The notes under the pieces: generated by a model | Databases searched by the model: none | What the model was told of the DNA's origin: nothing | What the model saw: only the letters and a program-made list of their open reading frames with translations | Part shown: positions 27,743-40,416 of the stretch, piece by piece | How the letters are laid out: the number at the start of each line of letters is the position of its first letter | Position numbering within the stretch: position 1 is the stretch's first letter | Assembly: GCF_006345805.1 (NCBI RefSeq) | Contig: NC_043022.1 | Coordinates: 22,878,001 to 22,942,000, forward strand | DNA: 64,000 bases | Direction: 5' to 3' | Source of the DNA: Octopus sinensis | Taxonomy: Eukaryota | Position numbers and translations under genes: made by a program

Positions 27743-28803
27743 ACATATTTATGTATGTATGTATATATGTCTGTGTAAGTACATATAGATACACATGCAC
27801 ACATGTATGTATGTATGTATGTATGTATGTCTATATGTGTGTGTGTTTGAATCTCAGATCAGGCGATGTGTGTGTTTATGAGCGAAACACCTAAGCTCCA
27901 CGCGGCTCCGTAAGAAGGTAATGGCAAACTTCTGCTGACTCTTTCGCCACTAATTTCTCTCACTCTTTCCTCCTGCATCTTGTAGCTCATCAGCGACAGA
28001 CCGGCATACAGTCCAGGTGGGGGACCTATACGCCAAGGAATCTGGGAAACCGGCCCTTATGAGCCAGGCATGGCTCGAGTGGGAACAAACATATATATAT
28101 ATAGTATTAATTAATAGTAGGAGATGGATTTCATATAGACTTTTATTAGGTCCGACATATGTTTCAACCCATTCGTCTGGGTCTCTTCAGGTACAGTGAT
28201 AAAGAAGTCTCACTAGGGATTTTGAGTGTTGGCTGGCTTGTTGGAAAATGCTCGTCAAATTCAAGAATGAATAAAAGCAAATGTGACCATTGCCAGCCCT
28301 GCCTCGACTGGCCTCCGTGCCGGTGGCACGTAAAAAGCACCATCTGATTGTGGCCGTTGCCAGCCTCGTCTGGCCCCCATGCCGGTGGCACGTAAAAAGC
28401 ACCATCCGATTGTGGCTGTATGCCAGCCTCGTCTGGCACGCAAAAAGCACCCACTACACTCACGGAGTGGTTGGCATTAGGAAGGGTATCCAGCTGTAGA
28501 AACACGGCCAGATCAGACTGGGCCTGGCGCAGCCTTCTGTCTTCCCAGACCCCAGTTGAACCGTCCAACCCATGCTAGCATGGAAAGCGGACGTTAAACG
28601 ATGATGATGATTACAGAAACGCAAAAAATTCAAATCTGAACATGGAAATCATGTGTTCTAGTTTAGATAAAATGACGTAATCAGCTTTCGCTGTCATAAC
28701 TGCTTAGAGGGAAAAGAAAGGAGATGGAGAAAGGAAGATTAATACTTAGACAAGTAGTTTCATGTTTGTGCATACACACACACACATATATATATATATA
28801 CAT

Positions 28804-28848
<45 letters not shown>

Positions 28849-29169
28849 CACATACATATATAGACATACATATATACACAAACTCATTTATGTAGGTACA
28901 CATGTGCATACACACACACACACATATATATACATACATATGTAAAGATGCATATAGATATGTATATAGACCCAAATACACACACACTCACATATATATA
29001 TATATATATATAATATATATATATATATATTACTTTTCATTTGTCTTGCTTGTTTACGTTTCTGGTATTTGCTAAATTTTCTAGAGAACATTTCTTAGTG
29101 GTAAGACCATAGCAGATCTACTTCTAGCATTAGGGTGTCCACGTAGTGGCCATCCCTCTCATATGTGTA

Positions 29170-29220
<51 letters not shown>

Positions 29221-29358
29221 CTACATTCTAGAGTTACATGTCTAAATACATGTTATTAAAACACTTTTTTAGTATATAAGGTTTTAACTCAGAGGGATTA
29301 ATCTGAGTTGTGGGTGTAAGATTTGCATTGGTTAGGTATGGTTAAGAATGTAATGTGG

Positions 29359-29881
29359 AAATGTGTGTTTAGCTGCATGCAGGCATCAGTGTAGCTGTTC
29401 TGTAAATCTGTTTATAATACGCAGCTTTGTCAACAATATCGAGAGTGATTCTTTGAAACATAACTGGCATTTCCAGGATGTGTTGTAGGGACTCACATGT
29501 CTAATTATGGGCCAGGTCAGGTATATTTAGTCTTCTCTTCCTTGAGCCTCCAGATAAAATCAGCCATTGATCTTACATGCCGTTTAAAGATTTCTCGAAA
29601 GTTAGCTATGTGGTTATGATATCGATTTTTGAAAATATTGGCCGATGCTCTGATATATACGTAGGACCTTCCTCTATGCACTTATACACCACATTCCTGG
29701 TCATGCATTGATTGTCCAAAGGACATTTGTATCTGTCACTGCATGAGCATAACTGGTTGGTTTTTTTTTTGTTTGCTTGTGTGCAGCGAGCACGAGATGA
29801 ATTGGTTCTATTCAGTATATTCATAGTCACTGTTAGCCTATTATTATCACTATTTCTGAGCTTGCAACCATTCTCAGTCAA
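29359..29881 (-). pseudogene. Penelope-like (Naiad-type) GIY-YIG endonuclease fragment, frameshifted
   Basis: Conceptual translation: CSCSDRYKCPLDNQC (CxCx5Cx5C, 29749-29705), MTRNVVYKCIEEGPTYI / ASANIFKNRYHNHIANF...SMADFIWRLKEEK / WPIIRHVSPYNTSWKCQLCFKESLSIL...INRFTEQLH*CLHAAKH. There are two frameshifts (near 29650 and 29530) and stops. Confidence 0.85.
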
Positions 29882-30883
29882 ATGACTGAGCCTTCTTTTG
29901 GGCCTACTTGGAGTAGACCTGCTTTCTCCCGTGCATTCTCTTTGCTTGACAGCAGCCTCAAGCTAAAAACACTTTGATGTTGCTGTTACATTGTCAGTAA
30001 GAACAAGCATCCACACTTCTCTCAAATCACATCTTGATTCTCCCTTGTACACTGCCTCTGATCCCAGTAGAGTGATAGGGGAGGGTCTATCCTGGACAAC
30101 ACTTTTGGGTCTGTTGTGTAAGCTTGTAAAAATGAAGGTCCACTGCTAGTTGCCAGCACCCTAGCTATACCTATTTCTTTACTACCCACAAGGGGCTAAA
30201 CACGGAGAGGACAAACAAGGACAAACAAATGGATTAAGTAGATTATACCGACCCCAATGCATAACTGGTCCTTAATTTATCGACCCCGAAAGGATGAAAG
30301 GCAAAATCGACCTCGGCGGAATTTGAACTCAGAACATAAAGGCAGACAAAATACTGCTAAGCATTTCGCCCTGCGTGCTAACGATTCTGCCAGCACTCTA
30401 GCCATACCACTGCTTGTTCCTTCACATCTCGGAACACTGACAAACCTCTCAACTTCTGCTTCTCTCCATACTAAATATGTCTAATACTCTTATAGCTATG
30501 TAGTATTGAATCCTATCACTCCCTGTTCTTCCACTCTGTAAGACCTGTCAAAGGATAATGGACAGAAGTCTGCTGCCAAAATCAAAATCCATCGGCTGTT
30601 TTACCAGCATTTTAGCTGGATGGAATGAAATGCGAAATGAAGGGGCTTACTGAAGGACGTAACAAACTACCTGGTTCGGAAGTTGAACCCACAACCTTAT
30701 GATCATGAAACTACAAGGCCATGCATCCCTCCACACATTATATACAAACATACACATGAGCATATATGTTTGCACGTGTGTGGGTATATATATATTAGAC
30801 GATCTAAGGTATGCCATATATAATATACATCTGTGTATTACATGTATACCTATATAATACACACACGTACATTATACATGTGC

Positions 30884-30940
<57 letters not shown>

Positions 30941-31247
30941 ATATAGAGAGAGAGAGAATTGGGAGACATTCTTTATTTGATGACTAATTTACGGTGTATT
31001 TTATTTTGAATGTGCCTTATGCTCATGAACAAATAACAATACATAGACGTATGTACGCGTGTATGTATGTTTGTATATGATATATTACGTATATATCGCA
31101 ATCATTCTGAGAATATGTTCGATATTTCCTGTTAATCAATGGGAAAGCATAGAGTTCCTTTCCTTTTTCTTCTTTATGTATCGATGTTTTTCCTTCTATA
31201 AATGTTTTTATAATATCGTCTGTTGCTTTGATAAACCATTGCCTTAC

Positions 31248-31520
31248 TTGTAACTGGGTGGAATTGATAGGTTACTGGAAGGAAACAGCACACGTTGCCA
31301 ACAAATGAAGCGTAACCGTATTGCCCTCACTGAAACGGCTCAGCGGTTTCTGTTTTTCTTTCATCTTATGGAGTCGTTTTCACAATTTTTTAATCGGTTT
31401 CGACAGGAAAAACGATACGTGTTTACGCAGAAGTAGGAAGCTAAATTACCGAGGAAAACGACAAGAAGTCAGCCATGATGAAAATAGAGGTGTTAACATC
31501 GAAATACTTCTGACGGAATC
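31248..31520. promoter_or_regulatory. CpG-rich unique patch, probable promoter / first exon
   Basis: About 15 CpGs in about 250 bp of non-repeat sequence in a CpG-poor context. Minus-strand donor TTACAA|GTAAGG at 31248/31247. Confidence 0.45.
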
Positions 31521-32216
31521 AAAGTAAAAGTGTTTTGTAAATAGATTGTCAATGACACATCTAAGGCACAAGGGAAAAAAACAGAATTATTTGCCTTCAG
31601 GCTGACTTCTAATTTACGATTTTAACTTTCTGAAACAACAACCCGTTAAGAAAATTGATTCCACTTAAAAAAAAAAAAGAGTTATAAAGTTAAATAGATG
31701 TAATGAATAGTTTGAAGAACGACATTTGAAACAAAAGTCCATTTGAATTAACAAATTTACTGTTTACGTCAAAATCAAATTTTATAGACATATTATTTGT
31801 TTCGGTTCTCACCTTCATTTTTAAAAATGTTGTCCACTTCTTAAACTGTCGTTATTGGTATCCTTCTATTCTGGTTTCGTAAATACCTTAAAGTAACGGC
31901 TTCAAATCTTGGCACAGGACCAGCAACTTTTGAGGAGAGGGCGTAACTTCGGTATACGTACCGAAAGTACCGGATACATTTCAAGAGTTTTTTTTTTATA
32001 TATATGGGGGGGGGGTGAGGGTTAGGGGTGGGAGAAAAGGGTTTCTGTTATCTTCAGAAATGTAAACAAAGTCACGTGTGTACCTATACCGAAGGATCGC
32101 CGGTTTCTCTCATCTTCAGAAATGTAAACAAAGCCACCTACGGTACCTATACCGAAGGATCGCCAAAGAGGCTCGTCGATTACATCGACTCTAGTTCTTG
32201 ACTGGTGCTTATTATG

Positions 32217-32308
32217 GCAGAGGTAAAGAATACGTACACCAACCGTTTTCGGCGTAACTATAACCCTAACCGCCGAAAATGGATGGTGTGCATATTCTTT
32301 ACTTCCGC
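32217..32308. mobile_element. Short palindromic MITE with central TAACCCTAA
   Basis: GCAGAGGTAAAGAATACGTACACCAACCGTTTTCGGCG is imperfectly inverted to CGCCGAAAATGGATGGTGTGCATATTCTTTTACTTCCGC. Confidence 0.6.
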
Positions 32309-32990
32309 TCCTATTTCATCAATTCCGAAAGGACGAAAGGTAAAAATCGAGCTCAGAACGCAAAATTTGAAGTGAGAACGTAAAAACGGATAAAATGCCA
32401 CTGAGCACTTTGCCTGGCATGCTAACGATTCCGCTAGTCTTAATAATGATAATAATAATCCTTTCTACTAAAGGCACAAGGCTTGGAATTTTGAGGGAGG
32501 CGATAACTTCAGTGTTTCACTGGTTGTTAGTTTATCGACCTCGGAAAGATAAAAGGCAAAGTCAACCTCGACGGAATTTGAACTCGGAACGTAGAGGCGG
32601 ACAAAATGCAGCTAATCATTTTGCCTGGCATGCTAACGATTCTGCCAGCTCGCCGCCTAAATAATAATAATCCTTTCTACTATAGGAGTGGCTGTGTGGT
32701 AAGCCAGGAGTGACTGTGTGGTAAGTAGCTTTCTTACCAACCACATGGTTCCGGGTTCAGTCCCACTGCGTGGCACCTTGGGCAAGTGTCTTCTACTATA
32801 GCCTCGGACCAACCAAAGCCTTGTGAGTGGATTTGGTAGACAGAAACTGAAAAAAGCACGTTGTATATATATATATATTTCCTCTGTCTTCCCTTCCTTG
32901 GATCTTTCCTTTCCTGAGCGTCCAATAACACTATACTTGTTCCATGTCCTCGCGTTGTTGTGTTTTCTCTTTGTGTTTTCATGTTTGGAT

Positions 32991-33029
<39 letters not shown>

Positions 33030-35149
33030 GTGTATGTATATGTTTGTGTGTCTGTGTTTGTCCCCCCAATATCGCTTGACAACTGATGCTGGTGTGTTTA
33101 CGTCCCCGTCACTTAGCGGTTCGGCAAGAGAGACTGATAGAATAAGTACTAGGCTTACAAAGAAGCCTAGTTCTCTACAGACAAGAATCGTAACCAAATC
33201 AAGATTTCTGTTTTGCTAAATAAAAATAATAATCCTTTCTACTGTAGGCACAAGGCCTGAAACCTCGAGGGCAGGGGTAAAGTCGATTATATCAACCCCA
33301 GTATATATTTATTTTACCGACCCCCGAAAGGGGAATTAGAACTCAGAACATAAAGATGCTGGTGTGTTTATGTCCCCGTAAGTTTGCGGTTCGGCAAGAG
33401 AGACTGATAGAATAAGTACTAGGTTTACAGAGAATAAGTCCTGGGGTCGATTTCCTTGACTAAAGGCAGTGCTCCGGCATGGCTGGAGTTAAATGACTGA
33501 AACAAATAAAAGAATATAGGCACAAGGCCTGAAAGTGATGGAAGAGGGATAGTAAATTACATTGACTTCATTACTCAACTGGTATTTATTTTATCAACCT
33601 CGAAAGGATGAAATGCAAAGTCGACTTTCACGGAATTTGAGCTCAGAATGTGAAGGCGGACGAAATACCTATTTCTTTACTACCTACAAGGGGCTAAACA
33701 CAGAGAGTACAAACAAGGACAGACAAACGGATTAAGTCGATTACATCAACCCCAGTGCGTAACTGGTACTTAATTTATCGATCCCGAAAGGGTAAAAGGC
33801 AAAGTCGACCTCGGCGGGATTTGAACTCAGAACGTAATGGCAGACAAAATACCACTAAGCATTTCGCCCAGTGTGCTTAACGTTTCTGCCAGCTTGCCGC
33901 CTTAAATATGTATTTCTTTACTACCCACAAGGGACTAAACATAGAGGAGACAAACAAGGACAGACAAAGGGATTAAGTCGATTACATCAACCCAGTGCAA
34001 AACTGGTACTTTATTTATCGATCCCGAGAGGATGAAAGGCAAAGTCGACTTCGGCGGAATTTGAACTCAGAACGTAACTGCAGACGAAATACCGCTAAGC
34101 ATTTTATCGGGCTTGTTAACGGTTCTGCTAGCTCGCCATCTAATATACCATAAAATCATGGCCACAAATAAGAAGCAATCATCCTGTGTTTTCATAATAA
34201 CAAGATAAGCACGTAGAGAAATCTATGTGAGAAAGCCATATGAATTGAGGTTAAATATGGTTCAATGAGCAATGTTTGGTGATTTTAATGTAACAGCTTT
34301 TTCTAGCATTGCTGATTTCTATAGAGACCTGGCTAAAAAAAAATTAAAGTGGATGTTTTCAAAATGTTGCATTGTACGTATTTACGGCAGTTAATGGAAT
34401 TCACACATTTTTGTTGATGGGAGACAGTATATAATTGAGTTTACAAATATATACCGAAATATAGATAAATATATATACATATATGCATCTCTGTATGTCT
34501 GGTCTGTATTTTTGAGATGAGTTAACACAATAATTGAGATATGTTGCCTTAACATGTAGAATTTAATACAGGAATCTTTCTGCAATTTGGCCATGCTTGT
34601 ACATGCAAATGCCACCCGTTGACTTCCTCTCATTCAAAATTGGCAGATAAATTGAAAAGTTCCGCAAACTCAGAACAAGGGACCAATCTCCATTACACTT
34701 TTATTTTCCTCCAAGATGGATATTTTTCATAACACTGATTGTCCTCCAAGACAGACATCTATACAAAATTACATGGACATTATTACTGTTTCTATTAAAT
34801 ACATGTACTATGTTTTAAAAATATATTTTGACATAAAACCAATAGATGTTATTCACAGATATATGTAAATACATATGAAAATGCAATTTAATTAATGGAG
34901 AAGTGGTGTGGATAAGAAGCGTGCTTTGCAGCTCCATTGATGAGGTTCGAACCCAGTGCAGCACCCTAGTCTTCTACTAGATCCCAAGGCCAACCAAAGT
35001 ATTGTCAGTGAATTTGGTAGACAGAACCCGAGGATAACTATGCGCAATCAGTGAATCAAGAAAGCTCTATTTTGTTGTGGCGTCATAGCACGGTCTTACC
35101 AGCTCCATTCAAACCATCCAGCCATGCCAGCATGGAAAATGGACATTAA

Positions 35150-35705
35150 CCCTTTCGTTACTAATCCAGCTGAAACCAGTTCTGGCTCTGAGTACAAATG
35201 TCTTGTTTTGATAAGTTTTGAATTAAAATCATACACCAAACCTCAGTCACAATTTATGTTCCTAACACTAGCTGAATGATAACTAAGTTATTTTACTAAA
35301 TTCTTTGTTATATTTAAAATCAATTGAAAGAAACATAGAGCATCTCAACAGAAATATGGTAACAAATGTCTTGTTTTCATAAGTTTTGAATTAAAATCTT
35401 CCACCAAACATTGGTCACAATTTATATTTCTAACACTAGCTGAATGATAACTAAGTTATTTTACTAAATTCTTTGTTATATTTAAAATTAATTGAAAGAA
35501 ACACAGAGCATCTCAACAGAAATATGATAACAAATGTCTTGCTTTCATAAGTTTTGAATTAAAATCTTCCACCAAACCTCAGTCACAATTTATGTTCCTA
35601 ACACTAGCTTAATGATAACTAAGTTATTTTACTAAATTCTTTGTTTTATTTAAAGTAACTGAAAGAAATACAGGGCATTTCAAAATAAATACAGTAATGA
35701 AAGGG
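35150..35705 (+). mobile_element. piggyBac MITE with an internally triplicated 168-bp unit
   Basis: TTAA-flanked with the same TIRs as 1870-2090. Units start at 35196, 35364 and 35532. Inserted into the tail of a family C SINE. Confidence 0.85.
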
Positions 35706-36631
35706 TTAAGTGATTATGATGATGACGATATACAACAGGCGTCTTTCAGTTTCCGCCTATCAAATCCACTCACAAGGCTTTGGTCGGCCCAGGGCTATTG
35801 TAGAAGACACTTGCCCAAGGTGTCATGCAGTGGGACTGAACTTGAACCCATATGGTTTGGAAGCAAACATCTTAAACACACAGCCACATCTATTTCTAAC
35901 TTCAGACAAAATCTGTTCCAACACACCAAGAATCATGAAAAAAAAAAAAAAAAGTTGATTTTGTTGTTGTTATTGGCCTCTGGCTAATGACTCATTTGTT
36001 GATATAAGTTATTTTAAGATTTCTTCTAAATATCACAGATAGGTTCTCAGCTGGTGACCTTTCCCAAATAACCTTTCATTCCAAAGGAGGTTACTACTCA
36101 TAACATCACTAAAGTATTTGCTATGTGTGTTTCTGGTCTTCGATATCTGTCACAATTCTAGGCTTTATGGTAATTTTCACCTGCCCAGTTTCACCTTTAA
36201 TAATGCTTTACCTCAAACCAAAACATCAAATGTTTGTTAGAACTTTATCTTGAGATTATCATCAAGCAAGGATAAAACATCATTTTGTTGTTATTTTGGC
36301 TTAGTGAGTTTGATTCCTGGTGGTACATTACATCCTTGAGCAAGACATCTTACTTCACTTTGCTCCAGTCCACTCAGCTGGCAAAAATCAGCAGTATTTG
36401 TTTCTCAAAGGTCCAGCCTTGTCATTTTGTCATGTTGAGTCTCCCTAACAAATAGAGACTTGGACATTGCTTAGGAAATAATTTTCATTTTTAACCTCAT
36501 ATATAGTACACACACTAGGGATTTTGACCTTTAAATTTTGGGGAAAAAATGCAGATTATACTTGAAGATTTATGGTATATATTAAATGACTTCCAAATAT
36601 TGCTATTTCGTTTGACTTCATTATTACAACT

Positions 36632-36674
<43 letters not shown>

Positions 36675-39600
36675 CTAGAGATCAATTAGTTGTTATTTAA
36701 TGTGTTAAATTATTTCAATATTTAGATATTCTTTTCTACTTTAGGAACAAGGCCCGAAATTTTGGAGGGTGGGCCAGTCAATTAGAATGATCCCAGTATG
36801 CAACTGGTACTTAATTTATTAACCCCGAAAGGATGAAAGGCAAAGTCGACCTTGGTGAAATTTGAACTCAGAACGTAAAGACAGATGAAATACCGCTAAG
36901 CATTTCATCTGGCGTGCTAACGTTCCTGCTAGCTTGCTGCCTTATCAATATTTAGATATTAAATATTTGCAATGTTCCTTTCATTGAAGTTTAGTTATTC
37001 CATATGGTACCTCTTTACACCTAGGTAAATTTGGCCATTGGGAGCTGAGTATCTTTATTAAGAACATAAAGTACTTCTAGTGAGAGTACATGAGGTGTCA
37101 GTTCCAGAGCTACAAAGCTAGCATGTTGCTATATCAACCAGTTCTGATTCTAGATTTCAGCTAAAAAAAAATGGAATTTTTTTACATAAATTTAAAAAAA
37201 AAAAATTAAAATATTCTGTCAGTGTGAAAAACTGGGTAAAAATTTTAAGAAAGCAGTAAACAAAATAAAAAGAAATTCAAATATTTTTTTATGCTTTTCA
37301 CAGGGTAGGAGTGTTTCAGGGTTATTTTTTTGCAACAAAATTCTTCTGCCCCACCCACATCCATCAGCTTTCGGATTCATTGATTCAGTTTCTTTTGTTA
37401 AAGGCGCCTTCATTTTGTTCATTTTTTTCCCCGCTCCCATGTTTGTTTTCTGGTATTTTTATTCCAATTCCTAAAGTATTAGTGAAGCGACATAATGGAG
37501 GAGAGAGAAGAGAGAGAAAGAGTGAGAGAGAAGTTTTTGTTCCACACAATTTGCCGCTCCAATACTTCATCATTCTCTCTGTCTAGAAAGAATGATAAAA
37601 ATTTTAAAAAAATACATAAATAACAACGAAAGAAAAAGTAAAAGAAAAAAAACTGGTAAAAGAAAGCACCTCGTTATTCAGCTTCAAACACATTTTAATG
37701 AAAATTCATTAGTCTTTTGTGACCTCCCCTCCATCTCCTAGCTCCTCCAGACATCGCAAACAAAGTGTATTGTGTACCATTGTCATGTTATGTCTCATCC
37801 GGACGGTTCTATGTTGGATCTCCTGTTTAATCATGCACTATTACAATCCTAGATTCCAGCCACCCTGTTCTTTCCACACACCTGTTTTGTACACATACAG
37901 ATATTGCAGTGTTGTATGATTATTGTCAGCAAAATATGATTTCGACTACGGAATTCAACCATTTTCCATTGAACGCTGTAATTATTTACATTAAAAATTC
38001 GTAACGTTGAAAAATCACCTGACAGATAGTTCCAACACTAAAATCACTTGACAGAAAGTTTTAACGCCTAAAAACTGACAGTTCTAAAACTAAAAACACA
38101 TGACAGGTTTAACATTGAAATCACCTGATGCTGTGTTTTAACCCTTTCACAGCAAAATTAAATTTCGTGGTTATCCTCAGAATGATGTTAAATAATCTAT
38201 CTAAAAATACAATTGGTATTTTCTGCAAGTCATGTTGCCTAGATAAACTTGATATATCTCAACAAAAGAAAAAAAAAAATGGTTTTAAACATGACATTCT
38301 TCGACAAAAGATAGATTAGTATATTGCACAGTTTCTGTAGATAATACTCTTTCTTATTTTACTCTTTTACTTGTTTCAGTCATTTGACTGCAGCCATGCT
38401 GGAGCACCGCCTTTAGTCAAGCAAATCGACCCCAGGAATTATTCTTTGTAAGCCTAGTACTTATTCTATCAGTCTCTTTTGCCGAACCGCTAAGTTACAG
38501 GGACGTAAACACACTAGCATCGGTTGTCAAGCGATGTTGGGGGGACAAACACAGACACATAAACATATACACACACATACATACATATATATATATATAC
38601 ATACGACGGGCTTCTTTCAGTTTCCGTCTACCAAATCCACTCACAAGGCTCTGGTTGGCCCGAGGCTATAGCAGAAGACACTTGCCCAGGGTGCTACACA
38701 GTGGGACTGAACCTGTAACCATGTAGTTCGTAAGCAAGCTACTTACCACACAGCCACTCCTGAGTTCTATCTGTTTCAGTCAGACTATGGCCATGCTGGG
38801 GCAATGCTTTGAACTTTCAGTCAAGCGAATCGCCCCCCCCCCCCACACACACTGCAGTACTTACTCTTTTTTTTAAACCTGGTATTCTATCACTCTTTTT
38901 GCCAAACTGCTAAGTTACATGGATGTAAACAAACCAGCACCTGTTGCAAAGCAGTGATAGGACAGACACACACATATGATGGATTTCTTTCAGTTTCTGT
39001 CTTTCAAATCCACTCACAAGGCTTTGGTCAGCTCAAGGCTATATAATAGAAGACATGTGCCTAAGGTGCCATGCAATGAGATTGAACCCAGTACCATGTG
39101 GTTGAGAAGCAAACTTCTTACCACACAGCCACACCTGTGCTTATAAGCAAATATATTTGATTTCCACTGTAAAAAGATGAATACTAAAACCAACTGAAAG
39201 TTCTGGCTCTAAAATTATTTGACAAAGAGTTTTAACACTCAATGTCTGAACACCATTCCCTCTTTTGCCTCAATAGAGAGAAACAGTTCATCTTTTATTT
39301 TTTACTCTTTTCAGTCATTGGACTGTGGCCACACTGGAGCACATCCTTGAAGGGTTTAATCAAACAAATCAACCTCATTTTTTTTGTTTGTTTTTTAATC
39401 TGGTACTTATTTTATCAGTTCTTTTGCTGAACGGCTAAGTTAAAGAGATATGTCAAGCAACAATGCAGGAGAGGTGGAGATAAACATAAGCATGTACACA
39501 CATATCTTTTCTACTCTAGGCACAAGGCTTGAAATTTTTTTTTGGGGGGGGCAGTCAATTAGATCAATCCCAGTACGCAACTGGTACTTAATTTATCAAC

Positions 39601-40049
39601 CCCGAAAAGATGAAAGGCGAAGTTGACCTCAGTGGAATTTGAACTTAGATAATACCAATAAGCATTTCACCCGGTGTGGTAACGTTTCTTATTTCTTTAT
39701 TGCCCACAAGGGGCTAAACATAGAGGGGACAAACAAGGAACCCTGCTGTACTCTTTCATCACAACTTTCTCTCACTCTTTTTTCCTACTTCTGCCACAAA
39801 GCAGAGGAACCATGGTATAAGCCACTATGGTGTGGTAAACATCACACTCTAGTCTAGATTGCGAATCCTCTGTACCCCAGAATGGTTTAGCTCTCCACCC
39901 GTTAAAAGCCACCATTTACGGAATGAAGATAACAACGTAGCTTTTGTGCCCATGCAACCGCCAGTCTATCATGTGTGGGGGGTTGGATCTTCAAGTTGCT
40001 ACACGCATTCTTAGTAGCTTAGAGTAGGCTCGAATTAGAGATTATTGTT

Positions 40050-40416
40050 TGTGGCTAATGGCGTGAGTCCTGATTGGAAGAAGAAGAAAAAGAAGAAGAA
40101 GAAGAAGAAAAGAAAGAAGAAGAAGAGGAGGAAGAAGAAGAAGACAACAGCTAGTCTTTGTTGTTTTTTTTTTGTTTTTCCACTGTTTTGTTTCTCATCC
40201 AAATTTTCTGTTTAAAGTAAAAGATTTACCATTTAGCAAATGTGTTAATGGATTAAGGATGTGTAAAGACGAGAAATTTACTCCGAAGTGTGACTTCTTT
40301 GCCAAGTTACTTCTCTCTTTCTCTCTATTTATCTATCCCCCCCCTCTCTCTCTCTCTCTCTCCGAGAAGATGAAGATGCTTAGTGCATTTATCCACTTCT
40401 ATTGTTGAACACAGAT
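40050..40416 (+). promoter_or_regulatory. Candidate promoter and non-coding first exon of a plus-strand gene
   Basis: GATTGG (inverse CCAAT) near 40070, (GAA)n/(CT)n leader, strong donor GAT|GTAAGT at 40416/40417. The start site is uncertain. Confidence 0.35.

Noticed and set aside
29380-29392. In-frame TGA next to Cys in the Naiad-like fragment as possible selenocysteine
   Set aside because: The copy has frameshifts and other stops, no SECIS was identified, and CGA-to-TGA decay explains it simply.
34560-34790. Protein-like frames on both strands interrupted by one or two stops (possible recoding)
   Set aside because: No recognisable domain and no convincing splice-site pair; cannot be distinguished from neutral unique sequence.
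37742-37852. Plus-frame peptide YHCHVMSHPDGSM matching the multicopper oxidase HCHxxxHxxxxM spacing
   Set aside because: The usual upstream PG-x-W context is absent, the other frames are equally open, and no other copper-binding exons were found. Treated as chance unless RNA-seq supports it.
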